Shown: positions 17,478-27,088 of the stretch, piece after piece
Position numbering within the stretch: position 1 is the first letter of the stretch
How the letters are laid out: each line of letters opens with the position of its first letter
Assembly (NCBI GenBank): GCA_050287085.1
Contig: JBNKBE010000031.1
Location: 1-55,938, forward strand
DNA: 55,938 nucleotides
Origin: Polyangiaceae bacterium
GTDB lineage: Bacteria > Myxococcota_A > Polyangia > Polyangiales > Polyangiaceae
Reading direction: 5' to 3'
Notes under the pieces: generated by a model
What the model was told of the DNA's origin: nothing
The model's database searches: none
What the model saw: only the letters and a program-made list of their open reading frames with translations
Translations under genes and position numbers: made by a program

Positions 17478-19955
17478 TTACTGCGCTCTGTCGCTACTCG
17501 GCGCCCAAGCAAATGTGCGAGGTCGCAGAGACGAAGCCATGAACACGAGTCGCGTCGCAGTCGGCACGTGCGCGGCAAACTCCCCGGACGCTCCAGCGCG
17601 CCACACAGCCGCTGGGTGTTTCGCCCCCCGGTCCAACTCCAAAACGTCGGCGCACTGTTCGTCCAGCAGTGTCAAAGCTAGGACGTCGGAACTGTCGTGG
17701 ATGGCGGTAGCCACAAACACGCTGCCGTCCGGCCCTACACATATCGCGCCACGCAAGCGACGGGCCCCGGTCTCGTGCGCGCGGGCCGCGATGCTGCCTT
17801 GTTCAACCAACGCGGGCAACTGCACCACCGTGACCGCCTCCGCCAAGGGCGGGAGCTGCCCCGCTGGTGCGAATGAGACCTGACCGTCCTCAATCACCAG
17901 CGAAGGCGTATCGCTGCGCAGCGGAAGACTCGCGTCTTCAGCAAAGGCCAATCCCAAACGCTGCTTGTAAGTCGTCGTCCCAAGCCCAGCAGACAGCAAC
18001 GGACGCGCTCCCGCGGGGAGGTCCCGAATGGGTGCGGCGCGGCCGGCAATCAGCGGCTCGTCTAGACCTGCAACCAAGGCCGCTCGCAGACGCCCCGGGG
18101 CCAAGCGGAGCAATGAAACCTTCAGCTCCCCGTGGCGCTTCTCCCGGAACCGAATCGCCGCTGGCTCCTCGGGCTCGGGCTGCTGCCCCGGACTTGCACG
18201 CCAGGACAAGGCCCCCTCTTGGCCGTCCGGCGCCCCCGCTGTGGCAACATAGAAGAAATCCTTCTCAGACCAATACAGGTGCCGCTCTGGGGGCATGGTC
18301 AACCCTGCAACCGCCGGCAGAGAGCGGGTTTCTTCGTGCATCTCGGGCACCACGCGATGAAAGAAAAAACCCGCATGCCCTGGATTCATATCGAGGTGAA
18401 TCGCGTAGTCACACCCCGCTCGACGCATGCCGCGCGCGAGATCGGCCCCTGTAAGGTGACGGCCGATGCCGTAGAGGATCTGACCCTCGACGGTACGACA
18501 TAAGGCGGAGCGGAGCGTCGCCATGGTGCTCCCCACTAAATGCTCGCCCCACGCCTTTCGCTCCGTTGGATTGGCGGTCCCACCTGCGATGAGCGGCTCC
18601 AGATTCTGACGAAAGGAGGCGACCTCCGGTGGGACCACAGGCAACGACTGCGGCCAAGTCCCGAAACCCACGCGGCCATCGCGAAGCGTGAGCACGGTGG
18701 CGGCCCCGGCCACAGCAGGGACCAGGAGGCGTCCGTTCACCATCATGCCGTAGTCTCCGTGCAGACTCTTGAACCCCCCGTTGAAGGTAGCCACGACTCG
18801 CCGCTGCACCGCCGGATCCCGAGGCAACGCCCCAGAGCCAGGGGGGCCCGTTTTTGGACGCGGTTCGGACGCCCCGCCTTCCATTCCGAGGGTGAGAAAA
18901 CGCATGTCCATGGCGATCAAGTCCAGCGCCGCGTAGGGCCGCTTCGGATCGACACGCAACGAGGTCTGCCGAAAGCGCTCTCTTGGAAAGCCGTCCCAAC
19001 CCACCGAGGGCGTCCGCCACTCCCCCTCGCCCTTCAGCGCCGGAGATACGAGCGGCGTCACGCGGGGCGGCGGCCACGAGAGACGTTCGGAAGACCTCGC
19101 GTCGGAAACCTCGCCCGGAGTGGGCGTCGCCGGCTGCGCCGACCGCGTGGTCTGTTCGCGCACCGCTTCGGCCATGCCAAAGACTCTGCGCTCGAGCCAG
19201 GTGACCGCGCCCGGTCCCACGAAAGCGCGAAGCAGCTCAACCGCCGCTTGGAGCGCAGACGAGCTCCGCAGCGATTGAGGAGAATACTCAACCCCCGCAG
19301 CGACGCCCCCTTCTTGCAAAGCGGCAAAGGACACGCTGGACTTGACTCCCCCTTCATCCGCCAGCCCTACCCCGCCGGATTCGACTCGAAGCTCAGTCCG
19401 ATGCCCCTTCTGGGCGCGGAAGTGCACTCGCCCAACCTGCTCCAGCGTGGGAACACGCAGCCAATCCCACAGCCATCCCAGATCCGTTGGCCCGGGAAAG
19501 AATGCGGCGTCGACGCCAGGTTTGATCAGGGTAGCCCCCTGCGGCTCATCCGCCACGTAGGTCTGAAACGCGGCAAAGCGACCGTCATAACTCAGCTCGC
19601 GTTCGTCACCGAGCGGCGTTTCGGTGATTCGCCCGAGCGCAGCGACCCCCAGCGCCGCGCCTTCCGCCGTCACCCGTACGCGAGCACGGAACACGTCGCG
19701 GGCATCGGTTCCGGCCGGGCGACACAAGAACAGGACACCTCGGCCCCACTGCCAATCGAGTAGCCACCCCAAAGACGGCTCCCAGGCCAACGATTGGGGA
19801 CGCTCACAGGAACTGGCCGCTGCCAGCTGCGCGGCCATTGCATCCGGCTCGCTCGCCACCGGTGCTGCCCCGAGCCGAAGCCCGAGAGCGGCCACCGCAG
19901 CTAGACTGAGGACTCGCCATCGCAGGGCGCGAAGGGACTGCCGCCTCTGCGTCAC
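17478..19955 (-). CDS. Exported protein with two phosphodiester-glycosidase-like (NAGPA/DUF2233-like) modules
   Basis: Signal/TM. First module ATFNGGF, RQNLEPLI, TLRSALC, AIHLDMN. Second module RRLRGAICV..LELDRG. Family assignment is by motif resemblance only. Confidence 0.55.
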   Translation of the reverse strand: MTQRRQSLRALRWRVLSLAAVAALGLRLGAAPVASEPDAMAAQLAAASSCERPQSLAWEPSLGWLLDWQWGRGVLFLCRPAGTDARDVFRARVRVTAEGAALGVAALGRITETPLGDERELSYDGRFAAFQTYVADEPQGATLIKPGVDAAFFPGPTDLGWLWDWLRVPTLEQVGRVHFRAQKGHRTELRVESGGVGLADEGGVKSSVSFAALQEGGVAAGVEYSPQSLRSSSALQAAVELLRAFVGPGAVTWLERRVFGMAEAVREQTTRSAQPATPTPGEVSDARSSERLSWPPPRVTPLVSPALKGEGEWRTPSVGWDGFPRERFRQTSLRVDPKRPYAALDLIAMDMRFLTLGMEGGASEPRPKTGPPGSGALPRDPAVQRRVVATFNGGFKSLHGDYGMMVNGRLLVPAVAGAATVLTLRDGRVGFGTWPQSLPVVPPEVASFRQNLEPLIAGGTANPTERKAWGEHLVGSTMATLRSALCRTVEGQILYGIGRHLTGADLARGMRRAGCDYAIHLDMNPGHAGFFFHRVVPEMHEETRSLPAVAGLTMPPERHLYWSEKDFFYVATAGAPDGQEGALSWRASPGQQPEPEEPAAIRFREKRHGELKVSLLRLAPGRLRAALVAGLDEPLIAGRAAPIRDLPAGARPLLSAGLGTTTYKQRLGLAFAEDASLPLRSDTPSLVIEDGQVSFAPAGQLPPLAEAVTVVQLPALVEQGSIAARAHETGARRLRGAICVGPDGSVFVATAIHDSSDVLALTLLDEQCADVLELDRGAKHPAAVWRAGASGEFAAHVPTATRLVFMASSLRPRTFAWAPSSDRAQ

Positions 19956-20168
19956 CCTCGCCGGCCCTCGACGCCCAATCCAGCGCCTGTCGTCGCGGCG
20001 CCCATGCGCCCCTCTGTATCAAAGTGCACCGCCATTGCTGCGCCCCGCTGCGTAGCGGAGCGGGGCCCGAAGAGACAAGTCCTCCTGGGCCCGCATCAGC
20101 GCACCCGCACCAATTCGGGGAAAGCCGGCTTGTGAGTCTCCGAACGTTCTTGTATGCGCTGTCTGCGC

Positions 20169-20981
20169 GTGAGCTCGAGTAACCTGCAATCTCGCCTCCT
20201 GACCGCGGGGCTGGCGATCCCGGTCTTGCTCGGGCTGATCTTCGTGGCCCCTGCCTGGGCTTGGTTCGTATGTGTGCTTTTCGCGAGCCTCATGGCCGCT
20301 GATGAGCTGCTTCGGATGACCCACGGCCCACAAGCGCTCAGACGCGCGCCGGTGCTGGCGGCCACCGTGGCTCTTCAACTGGTCTTGTATCTCTGGGGGC
20401 AAGATCCTCGGGTCGTCACCAGCGCGCTGCTGGCGCTTCCGGTGCTGGGCCTCGCGCTGCCATTGCTGTCACCAAACCCTGTCCCGACCGCAGCACTGCG
20501 GAGCGCCGCGGCAGTGCTTGCCCCCCTTTATTCCAGCCTGCTGCTGTGCCTTGCGTTGATGCGCAGAGACTTCGAGCACACCGGCTCGGGGTACGTGCTG
20601 CTGACCCTGACCATCGCGTGGATGGCGGATACGGGCGGGTACTTCGCCGGTCGCGCCTTCGGAAAACGGCCGCTTTATGCGGCCGTCAGCCCTAAGAAGA
20701 CGCGCGAGGGCGCGGTGGGTGGAGTGCTGGCGTCCATGGCGGCCGGACTGGTGGCGCACTTCTGGTACCTCCCTGAACTCCCGCTGATCCCGGCCTTGGC
20801 CCTATCGCTTGGCGGAAGCCTGCTCAGCCAGCTCGGGGACCTGGGGGAGTCTCTCATAAAGCGCGCCGCAGACGTTAAGGACTCCGGAGCCCTGCTGCCC
20901 GGGCACGGCGGCATCCTCGACCGGATCGACGGTCTGCTTTTCGCCGCCCCGCTCGTATATCTCTACCTTCTCTGGCAGTGA
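20169..20981 (+). CDS. cdsA: Phosphatidate cytidylyltransferase
   Basis: Polytopic membrane protein; WMADTGGYFAGRAFGK, VSPKKTREG, QLGDLGESLIKR..VKDSG.LLPGHGGILDRIDG. Confidence 0.95.
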   Translation: MSSSNLQSRLLTAGLAIPVLLGLIFVAPAWAWFVCVLFASLMAADELLRMTHGPQALRRAPVLAATVALQLVLYLWGQDPRVVTSALLALPVLGLALPLLSPNPVPTAALRSAAAVLAPLYSSLLLCLALMRRDFEHTGSGYVLLTLTIAWMADTGGYFAGRAFGKRPLYAAVSPKKTREGAVGGVLASMAAGLVAHFWYLPELPLIPALALSLGGSLLSQLGDLGESLIKRAADVKDSGALLPGHGGILDRIDGLLFAAPLVYLYLLWQ

Positions 20982-21105
20982 TCCACCTTGGTCCTCCAGC
21001 CGCTCAAGCGATGCGAGCACGGAAGCGTGCCCCTTGCGGAGTGGAGGCTCGCATCGCTATAGGCCGTACCTTCGCCGGTGCAACCCGGTGACCAAGGAGG
21101 CCGCG

Positions 21106-21360
21106 GTGGATCAGCTAGTCGAATACCTACTCTCAAATCTTCAGTTGGATTTCTCTGGCGACGTAACCGCGGAGCGTCTGCGCGAGTTCCTTCGAGAAGA
21201 CGACGGGGTTGAAGCCCGGGCGCTGCTATCGCGCATTCTCGATGACTCAAGCGCGGATGATCTGCTCATAACGCTCGCTGATTGCTTGAAAGACTACATC
21301 ACCGAGGGCGTCAGCAGCGTCAAAGTACGCGAACAGCTACGTCTCTACATGGAGAGCTGA
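21106..21360 (+). CDS. Small acidic helical hypothetical protein (84 aa)
   Basis: AAGGAGG RBS before GTG 21106; MDQLVEYLLSNLQLDFSGDVTAERLREFL...; natural-looking composition. Confidence 0.7.
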   Translation: MDQLVEYLLSNLQLDFSGDVTAERLREFLREDDGVEARALLSRILDDSSADDLLITLADCLKDYITEGVSSVKVREQLRLYMES

Positions 21361-21607
21361 GGCGAGACCGCAGCACCCCTGGTGCTGCCCGCCCGACGCG
21401 CAGGTGGCTCGAAGCTCAGCAAGGGCCGCTAGCTCCAGGGTCCTTGGGGTGGGCCCGCAAGGCCCTTGGCGCGGGAAATGAGCGCGGCATGCGCTCTCCG
21501 GCCAATGGGAGCGTGAGGCTGCAGTGGGGCGACAACTTCGTTGTCGCTCGCTCGCCTAGACTGCGCCGGCGTTTGGGGCAACGGGGTTGTAGTGATACGC
21601 TGGCTTC

Positions 21608-24600
21608 GTGGGAGCGGTTAGCAACAACGATCTGGAACCGACAACAGAGTTGTCAGCGTTGGATTGCCTGGAGCCGCTGGGCGCGGGCGCCTCGGGCCAA
21701 GTGGTGGCCGGCGTGCTCGACGGCGTTGCGGTTGCCTGCAAGCTGGCCCGCCCCAGCGACGCAGAAGCCCCGAGCGACGGCTATCGGCGGCTTTGCGAGG
21801 AGGCCTTTCACCTGGCGCTGCTGCCCTCGCGGGCTGCCCCCCAGCTGGTGGGCCTGGTGCGCGTCACGTGCCCCAAGATCCAGGCGCTACTTGAGCTCGA
21901 GGGGCCCGCCGCCGGCCTCGTGATGACTCATGCTCCCGGCCGCCCTCTCTCGACTTGGCTGCGCGACCTCGAGGAGCGGGCGCGCGCTCCCCTCGCGCTC
22001 GCACTGGCGCGGGACGTGGGCGCCGCGCTGAGCGCACTACACGAGTTGGGACTGGCTCATGGCGACGTGAAGCCCGCCAACATCGTGGTAGCGCCCGACG
22101 CCGCCGGATACCGCTGCACCCTAGTCGACTACTCCCTATGCGACGATGGACAGGTGCGTGTACCCCGCGGCGGTACCCCTCGCTACCTGCCGGAGAGCGA
22201 CGACCTCGGAGACGGTAGAAGTCGCGATCTGCTGGCGCTGGGTTTGTTGCTGTTGGAGACGAGCGTGCCGGGTGCCAGCACCCACCCCAAACCAGCTTCG
22301 CTTGTCCGCGCACTGGAAGACAATACGCCGCTCGCCGCGTCCATCAAACGCTTGCTCGGACCGGCATCCCTGCGCCCCAGTGCGCTTCAGCTGTGGTCAG
22401 CCGCGGCCCCCGAAGAGGACGCCGAACGCCGCCGCATGCGCGTTCGACAGAGCTATCTGAGGCAGCGCCGGTCGGAGCTGCAACAGCACCTGCGAGCGCG
22501 CACGGCACCGGAGCCGGCGCTGGCGGGTACAGAGGCGGATTGGCTCGCTCCCGTGGCCACGCTGCTCAAGAGCGCCCGAGCTCACCACACCCCCGGGAGC
22601 CGCGCCGCGCTTCAATCGCTGAGCGAAGGCGCCCAGCGAGATTGGCTGATGCGGCTGCTCGGTCCCGGCGCCGGAGACCCCCTGCCGAGGCGCAGTGCTG
22701 AAGCGCTGGCTGCCCGTTTGCTCGAACTGGCCGACCTCAAACCGCTGGCAGCCGTCACAAGCGCAGATCTGGAAGCCGAGAGCCCGAGCGCCACCCGCCG
22801 CGTATGGAGCGCTTGGCAGCTCGCCCTCGAGTTGGGACATGATGCCGTCGATCCGTGGGCGCTCACGTGTGCGGAGATGGAACACGCGCGCGGAGCCCTC
22901 CCGGAAGCACTTATCCTCACCTGCGCAAGCGCCCTTCGCCGCCAGAACGAACTGGGACGAGCCTGGACCCTACTCGAAAGGGAGCGCAGCGCCGCTGCAG
23001 CGCTTCAGCGAGCGATGATCTTGCTTCGCGCCCGTCGTTTCGAGCAGGCAAAGGCCCTGCTCGAAACGATGGCTCAAGAGCCTCACCCGAAAGATCTAGA
23101 AGAGCAGCTCAGCCTGCGGGCGGCGCTGCTCGCCCGCACCCACCTCGCCCTCGGTGACGCTGCGCTGGCCGCCGCGGCGTTGAGTACCGCTGAACTTGGA
23201 GCCGCCAGTTGTGAAAGCAACGCGATGGTGGCCCTAGCCCAAGGTGATCTGGCCGCCGCGGAAGAACACGTCCGAAAGGGGTTATCTTTGCCCCACGACG
23301 CGGAGCAACACGGCCGTCTTCAGGCACTGTTGGCACACATCGCTCAGCGCTGCGGACAGGGCCTGCAAGCTCTCGAACACTTCACGGCCGCAACGGCAGC
23401 GGCCGCCCGCGCCCGCGCCGTAGTCGAAGAGGCCACCTACCTCGGAGGGGTTGCATCTGCGGCCATTTTCCTGGGAGACATCAAGCGCGCCCTGTCTGCT
23501 GCTGAACGCTCGCTTGTGCTGCTCGAGTATCTCGAGCGCAGCGCGGAAGGCGCGCGGGCCGCCTTGACCTTGGCCGTCGCATGGCAGTGTGTTGGCGCCC
23601 AGGTTGAAGCAGCACGCGCGGCTCAGCGCTCACTGCAACTCGCTCAGCTGGGCGGAGACGACCGTTGCCAAGCCTACGCTCGTTGGGTGTTGGCGGACGT
23701 GGACGAAAAGTCCGCCAGCACCCACCTTGAAGCCGCGCGCGCGTTGCTCACCCCCGCAGGCGCAGCCGATCGCCTGCGGATCGCGGCGCGGTCCCTGCGC
23801 GCCGGTCATGGCCGGGCCCCCGCCGAACTCGCCGCGGTCGACGCGACCGCAGCGCAGACACAAGACGTGGACGCCGCCCTGGAGTGGTGGACGGCGCGGG
23901 CCCGCACTGCGTCCGAAGAGGACTTGAGAGCGGTGGTCTCGGCCGTGCAGCGCTTGAGTCACGCGCCGACCAACCCTGACACCCTCGGCCAAGCCGCTTT
24001 GGCGGCGGCTCGATGCGCACTGCGCCTCGGAGATGAAGCCGCCGACGCCGAACTGCGCGAACTGGCGCGAAGATGCGCTCAGACCCTGCTCGCCCACTGC
24101 CCCGCTCAGCGCACGGCAACGCTTCGCAGCCGGCCTTGGATACAGGATTCCCTGATCCCACGAGAGGAACAACTCTCGCGGGTGCAGCTGGAGGAATTGC
24201 AGCAGCTGGCGGTTACGCTCAGCGAACGCGGCGCGCTTCGCCCGCTGCTGGTCCGCATCGTGGACGCGATGGTTCGTTGGACTGGCGCCGAACGCGGTCT
24301 CCTATTGCTCAGGGCGCCGGACGGTGCGCTGAAGATCCGCGCGGCTCGTAACCTCGGCCGGAGAGATCTGTCGGAGCACCAACGCCAACTCAGCACCACG
24401 CTGTCGCAACGCGCGCTCCGGGAGCGTTCTTGTGTGGTCGCCACCGATGCAGCAGGGGAACTCACCGATCTGTCGGAGAGCGTACACGCGCTCGCCTTGC
24501 GCAGCGTGCTTGCGGTGCCCCTCATCGCGCAAGGCGAAGCCATTGGCGTCGTCTACCTCGACGACCGCATCAGAACCGCGGCCTTTGGTGAGCGTGAGCT

Positions 24601-25741
24601 CGCATGGGTCAAGCTAGTGAGCACACTGGCCGCCGTTGCCCTACTGGACGCGCGTGAACAGCTGAAACTGCGGCGCCAAGCGTTGAAGACGGCACGCGCC
24701 GAGCGCCGTCTTGCCGCATTGGTCGGAGAGCAGCAGAAGCGCCTTGAGGCCGCCGAACAGGAACTCGCCGCGCGGCGCTCTGAGACGCGTTACCGCTACG
24801 CCGGGATCATCGGCCAGAGCGAAGCGATGATGCGCGTGCTGAGACTCGTCGACCGTGTTGCGCCGTCGGAACTACCGGTCCTGGTACTCGGCGAGTCCGG
24901 CACCGGCAAAGAGCTGATCGCGCGGGCTATTCATGAACACAGCCCGCGCGCCGATCTCGCCTTTGTCGCCGAAAACTGTTCCGCCATTCCCGAGCCTCTT
25001 CTGGAGTCGACCCTCTTCGGCCATACGCGCGGCGCCTTCACCGGGGCGACGCGCGATCGGCCCGGGCTTTTTGAACTCGCCGACCGCGGCACACTCTTTC
25101 TCGACGAAGTGGGAGAGATGAGCCTGGCCATGCAGAGCAAACTCCTGCGAGTCCTGGAAACTGGCGAGCTTCGGCGAGTCGGGGGCGAACAGAGCATCCG
25201 CGTCGACGTGCGGGTGATCGGCGCAACCCATCGCGACCTCGCGGCCGCGGTGAAACGCGGTGGCTTCCGCGAAGACCTATTCTACCGCCTCAATGTGGTG
25301 AGCGTCCGGCTCCCGCCTTTGAGAGAGCGAACGTCGGACATAACGCTGCTCGTCGAACACTTCATTCAACGCTACGCCAAACAAGTTCCGCCTCCCGAAC
25401 TGGCTCCGGGTACCTTGTCCGCGCTGGAGCGAGCCGCATGGCCTGGTAACGTACGCCAGCTCGAGAACGCCATCCGCCGGGCGCTGATCCTGTGCGACGA
25501 CCAGCTGCAGCCCCAGCACTTCATGGAACGAGAAGGTCACCTGCGCCCTGAAGGCGACACGCTGCGCGACGCGGTAGACGCCTTGGAACGCGACCTCATT
25601 ACGCGCGCCTTGCGCGAAGCCGCCTTCAACCAAACGCGCGCAGCCGAGCGACTCGGTGTCTCGCGTTTTGGGCTCCAGAAGATGATGCGGCGCCTCGATA
25701 TCGCTCCGGAAAGGCCCGGCCGCTCGCAGCTCGAGCCCTAA
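21608..25741 (+). CDS. Ser/Thr kinase-TPR-GAF-sigma54 enhancer-binding protein fusion
   Basis: Kinase: GAGASGQV, ACK, HGDVKPANI, DYS, GTPRY. Ala/Leu-rich TPR-like middle. GAF: GAERGLLLL, SVLAVPL..GVVYLD. AAA+: GESGTGKE, GAFTGA, LFLDEVGEM, FREDLFYRL, WPGNVRQLEN. Fis-type HTH: NQTRAAERLGVSR. Confidence 0.92.
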   Translation: MGAVSNNDLEPTTELSALDCLEPLGAGASGQVVAGVLDGVAVACKLARPSDAEAPSDGYRRLCEEAFHLALLPSRAAPQLVGLVRVTCPKIQALLELEGPAAGLVMTHAPGRPLSTWLRDLEERARAPLALALARDVGAALSALHELGLAHGDVKPANIVVAPDAAGYRCTLVDYSLCDDGQVRVPRGGTPRYLPESDDLGDGRSRDLLALGLLLLETSVPGASTHPKPASLVRALEDNTPLAASIKRLLGPASLRPSALQLWSAAAPEEDAERRRMRVRQSYLRQRRSELQQHLRARTAPEPALAGTEADWLAPVATLLKSARAHHTPGSRAALQSLSEGAQRDWLMRLLGPGAGDPLPRRSAEALAARLLELADLKPLAAVTSADLEAESPSATRRVWSAWQLALELGHDAVDPWALTCAEMEHARGALPEALILTCASALRRQNELGRAWTLLERERSAAAALQRAMILLRARRFEQAKALLETMAQEPHPKDLEEQLSLRAALLARTHLALGDAALAAAALSTAELGAASCESNAMVALAQGDLAAAEEHVRKGLSLPHDAEQHGRLQALLAHIAQRCGQGLQALEHFTAATAAAARARAVVEEATYLGGVASAAIFLGDIKRALSAAERSLVLLEYLERSAEGARAALTLAVAWQCVGAQVEAARAAQRSLQLAQLGGDDRCQAYARWVLADVDEKSASTHLEAARALLTPAGAADRLRIAARSLRAGHGRAPAELAAVDATAAQTQDVDAALEWWTARARTASEEDLRAVVSAVQRLSHAPTNPDTLGQAALAAARCALRLGDEAADAELRELARRCAQTLLAHCPAQRTATLRSRPWIQDSLIPREEQLSRVQLEELQQLAVTLSERGALRPLLVRIVDAMVRWTGAERGLLLLRAPDGALKIRAARNLGRRDLSEHQRQLSTTLSQRALRERSCVVATDAAGELTDLSESVHALALRSVLAVPLIAQGEAIGVVYLDDRIRTAAFGERELAWVKLVSTLAAVALLDAREQLKLRRQALKTARAERRLAALVGEQQKRLEAAEQELAARRSETRYRYAGIIGQSEAMMRVLRLVDRVAPSELPVLVLGESGTGKELIARAIHEHSPRADLAFVAENCSAIPEPLLESTLFGHTRGAFTGATRDRPGLFELADRGTLFLDEVGEMSLAMQSKLLRVLETGELRRVGGEQSIRVDVRVIGATHRDLAAAVKRGGFREDLFYRLNVVSVRLPPLRERTSDITLLVEHFIQRYAKQVPPPELAPGTLSALERAAWPGNVRQLENAIRRALILCDDQLQPQHFMEREGHLRPEGDTLRDAVDALERDLITRALREAAFNQTRAAERLGVSRFGLQKMMRRLDIAPERPGRSQLEP

Positions 25742-25883
25742 AAGGGCCCGCGGATGGGAAAGGCATGGGGCGGCCTGAGCCCTGACTTGGCAAAGCCCGG
25801 TGGGGGCGTTCCGGACCGACTATCAAGCAAGGTTGCTCTCACCAGGTCCCCTACACTAGACAAATGACGCCGCAGAGACTTTG

Positions 25884-26738
25884 ATGCGCGTTCACGTGCC
25901 CGCCCTCGAACTCACTACCGCCGGGGCCCGTCCCTTCCTGAAGTGGGCCGGCGGAAAAAGTCGTCTCGTTCCCGCGATAGGCCGGCACCTCCCGAGTCGC
26001 ATCAAGACCTACTACGAGCCGTTCCTGGGCAGCGGTGCTGTCTTCTTCGCACTGGCCAATGAGGGTCGTTTCGAGCGGGCCGCCCTCAGCGATCAGAACC
26101 GCGAGCTCGTGGACGTGTACCGCGCCCTGAAGAAGGACGTCGAGGGCGTCATTTCGCTATTGGCGACCTATCGCTACGACGAAGGCCTCTACTACGAGTT
26201 GAGAGCCGTAGATCCGGCGTCGCTGTCGCTGACCGAACGAGCCGCGCGCACCGTCTTCCTAAACAAGACAGGCTACAACGGCCTCTACCGCGTCAACCGT
26301 TCCGGCCAATTCAACGTTCCTTTTGGACGGCATAAGAAGCCCAATATCTGCGACGAGGCGCGCCTGCGGGCGGCATCGCGCGTGCTGAAGCGAGTCAAGC
26401 TCGGCGTCGCGGACTTTGAGGTGGCGTGCGCCAACGCGGAGCCGGGTGACGCTGTCTATTTCGATCCCCCGTACGTGCCGGTGTCCAAGACGTCCAACTT
26501 CACCGCCTACTCGGCCTACGATTTCGGCGAACAAGCCCACGCCCGGTTGGCTGAATGCTTCGGCTCTTTGGCGCGACGCAAAGTGCGTGCGGTGTTGTCC
26601 AACTCCGACACTCCGCTGACCCGCCAGCTCTACTCCGGCTGGCAGACCGAAAAGCTCTCGGTGCGCCGCTCCATCAATTCGGTCGCAGACAAGCGCGGAG
26701 GGGTTTCGGAGTTGCTGGTTCACAACGAACGCAAGTAG
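25884..26738 (+). CDS. dam: Dam-family (D12 class) DNA adenine methyltransferase, orphan
   Basis: FLKWAGGKS, YYEPFLGSGAVF, FLNKTGYNGLYRVN..FNVPFG, YFDPPY, SNSD. Confidence 0.9.
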   Translation: MRVHVPALELTTAGARPFLKWAGGKSRLVPAIGRHLPSRIKTYYEPFLGSGAVFFALANEGRFERAALSDQNRELVDVYRALKKDVEGVISLLATYRYDEGLYYELRAVDPASLSLTERAARTVFLNKTGYNGLYRVNRSGQFNVPFGRHKKPNICDEARLRAASRVLKRVKLGVADFEVACANAEPGDAVYFDPPYVPVSKTSNFTAYSAYDFGEQAHARLAECFGSLARRKVRAVLSNSDTPLTRQLYSGWQTEKLSVRRSINSVADKRGGVSELLVHNERK

Positions 26739-26759
26739 GCGCCCCTGGTCACTGGCGCC

Positions 26760-26809
26760 GCCGGTTGCAAGAACGCCGGCTGCAACAACACACCGGCTGC
26801 AAGAACGCC
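26760..26809. repeat. About 15-bp imperfect tandem repeat, 3 copies (RccggYtgcaaSaac)
   Basis: gccggttgcaagaac gccggctgcaacaac ac accggctgcaagaac gcc, directly downstream of dam. Confidence 0.75.
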
Positions 26810-27088
26810 TGTGGCCGCATGCGCAGCCAGAACGCTGGCGTCCAGCTGTCCCCCCCAGCGGAAGCGCCCTGATTGTCGGCCACGGTGCGTGCTCGAGCGA
26901 GAAGCGCACACATGTGAGGCTTTCCGGTGCGGATATCGGCCTCGAGGGTTCAGAGCAATAGACGCCCTGTGCCGGAGCGGGCATACCCCCTGATGTTTTT
27001 AGGTTGGTTTCTAAGGACTATACCAGAAGGACCGTATTGAATTCCGAGCACCCCTACCCGGTGCTCTTCTCTGGGGGTTCCGCAGACA

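Noticed and set aside
18540..19763. 407-aa plus-strand ORF and similar long antisense ORFs (e.g. 31908-32789, 32808-33638, 39412-40248)
   Set aside because: Antisense shadows of better-supported genes, expected at high GC.
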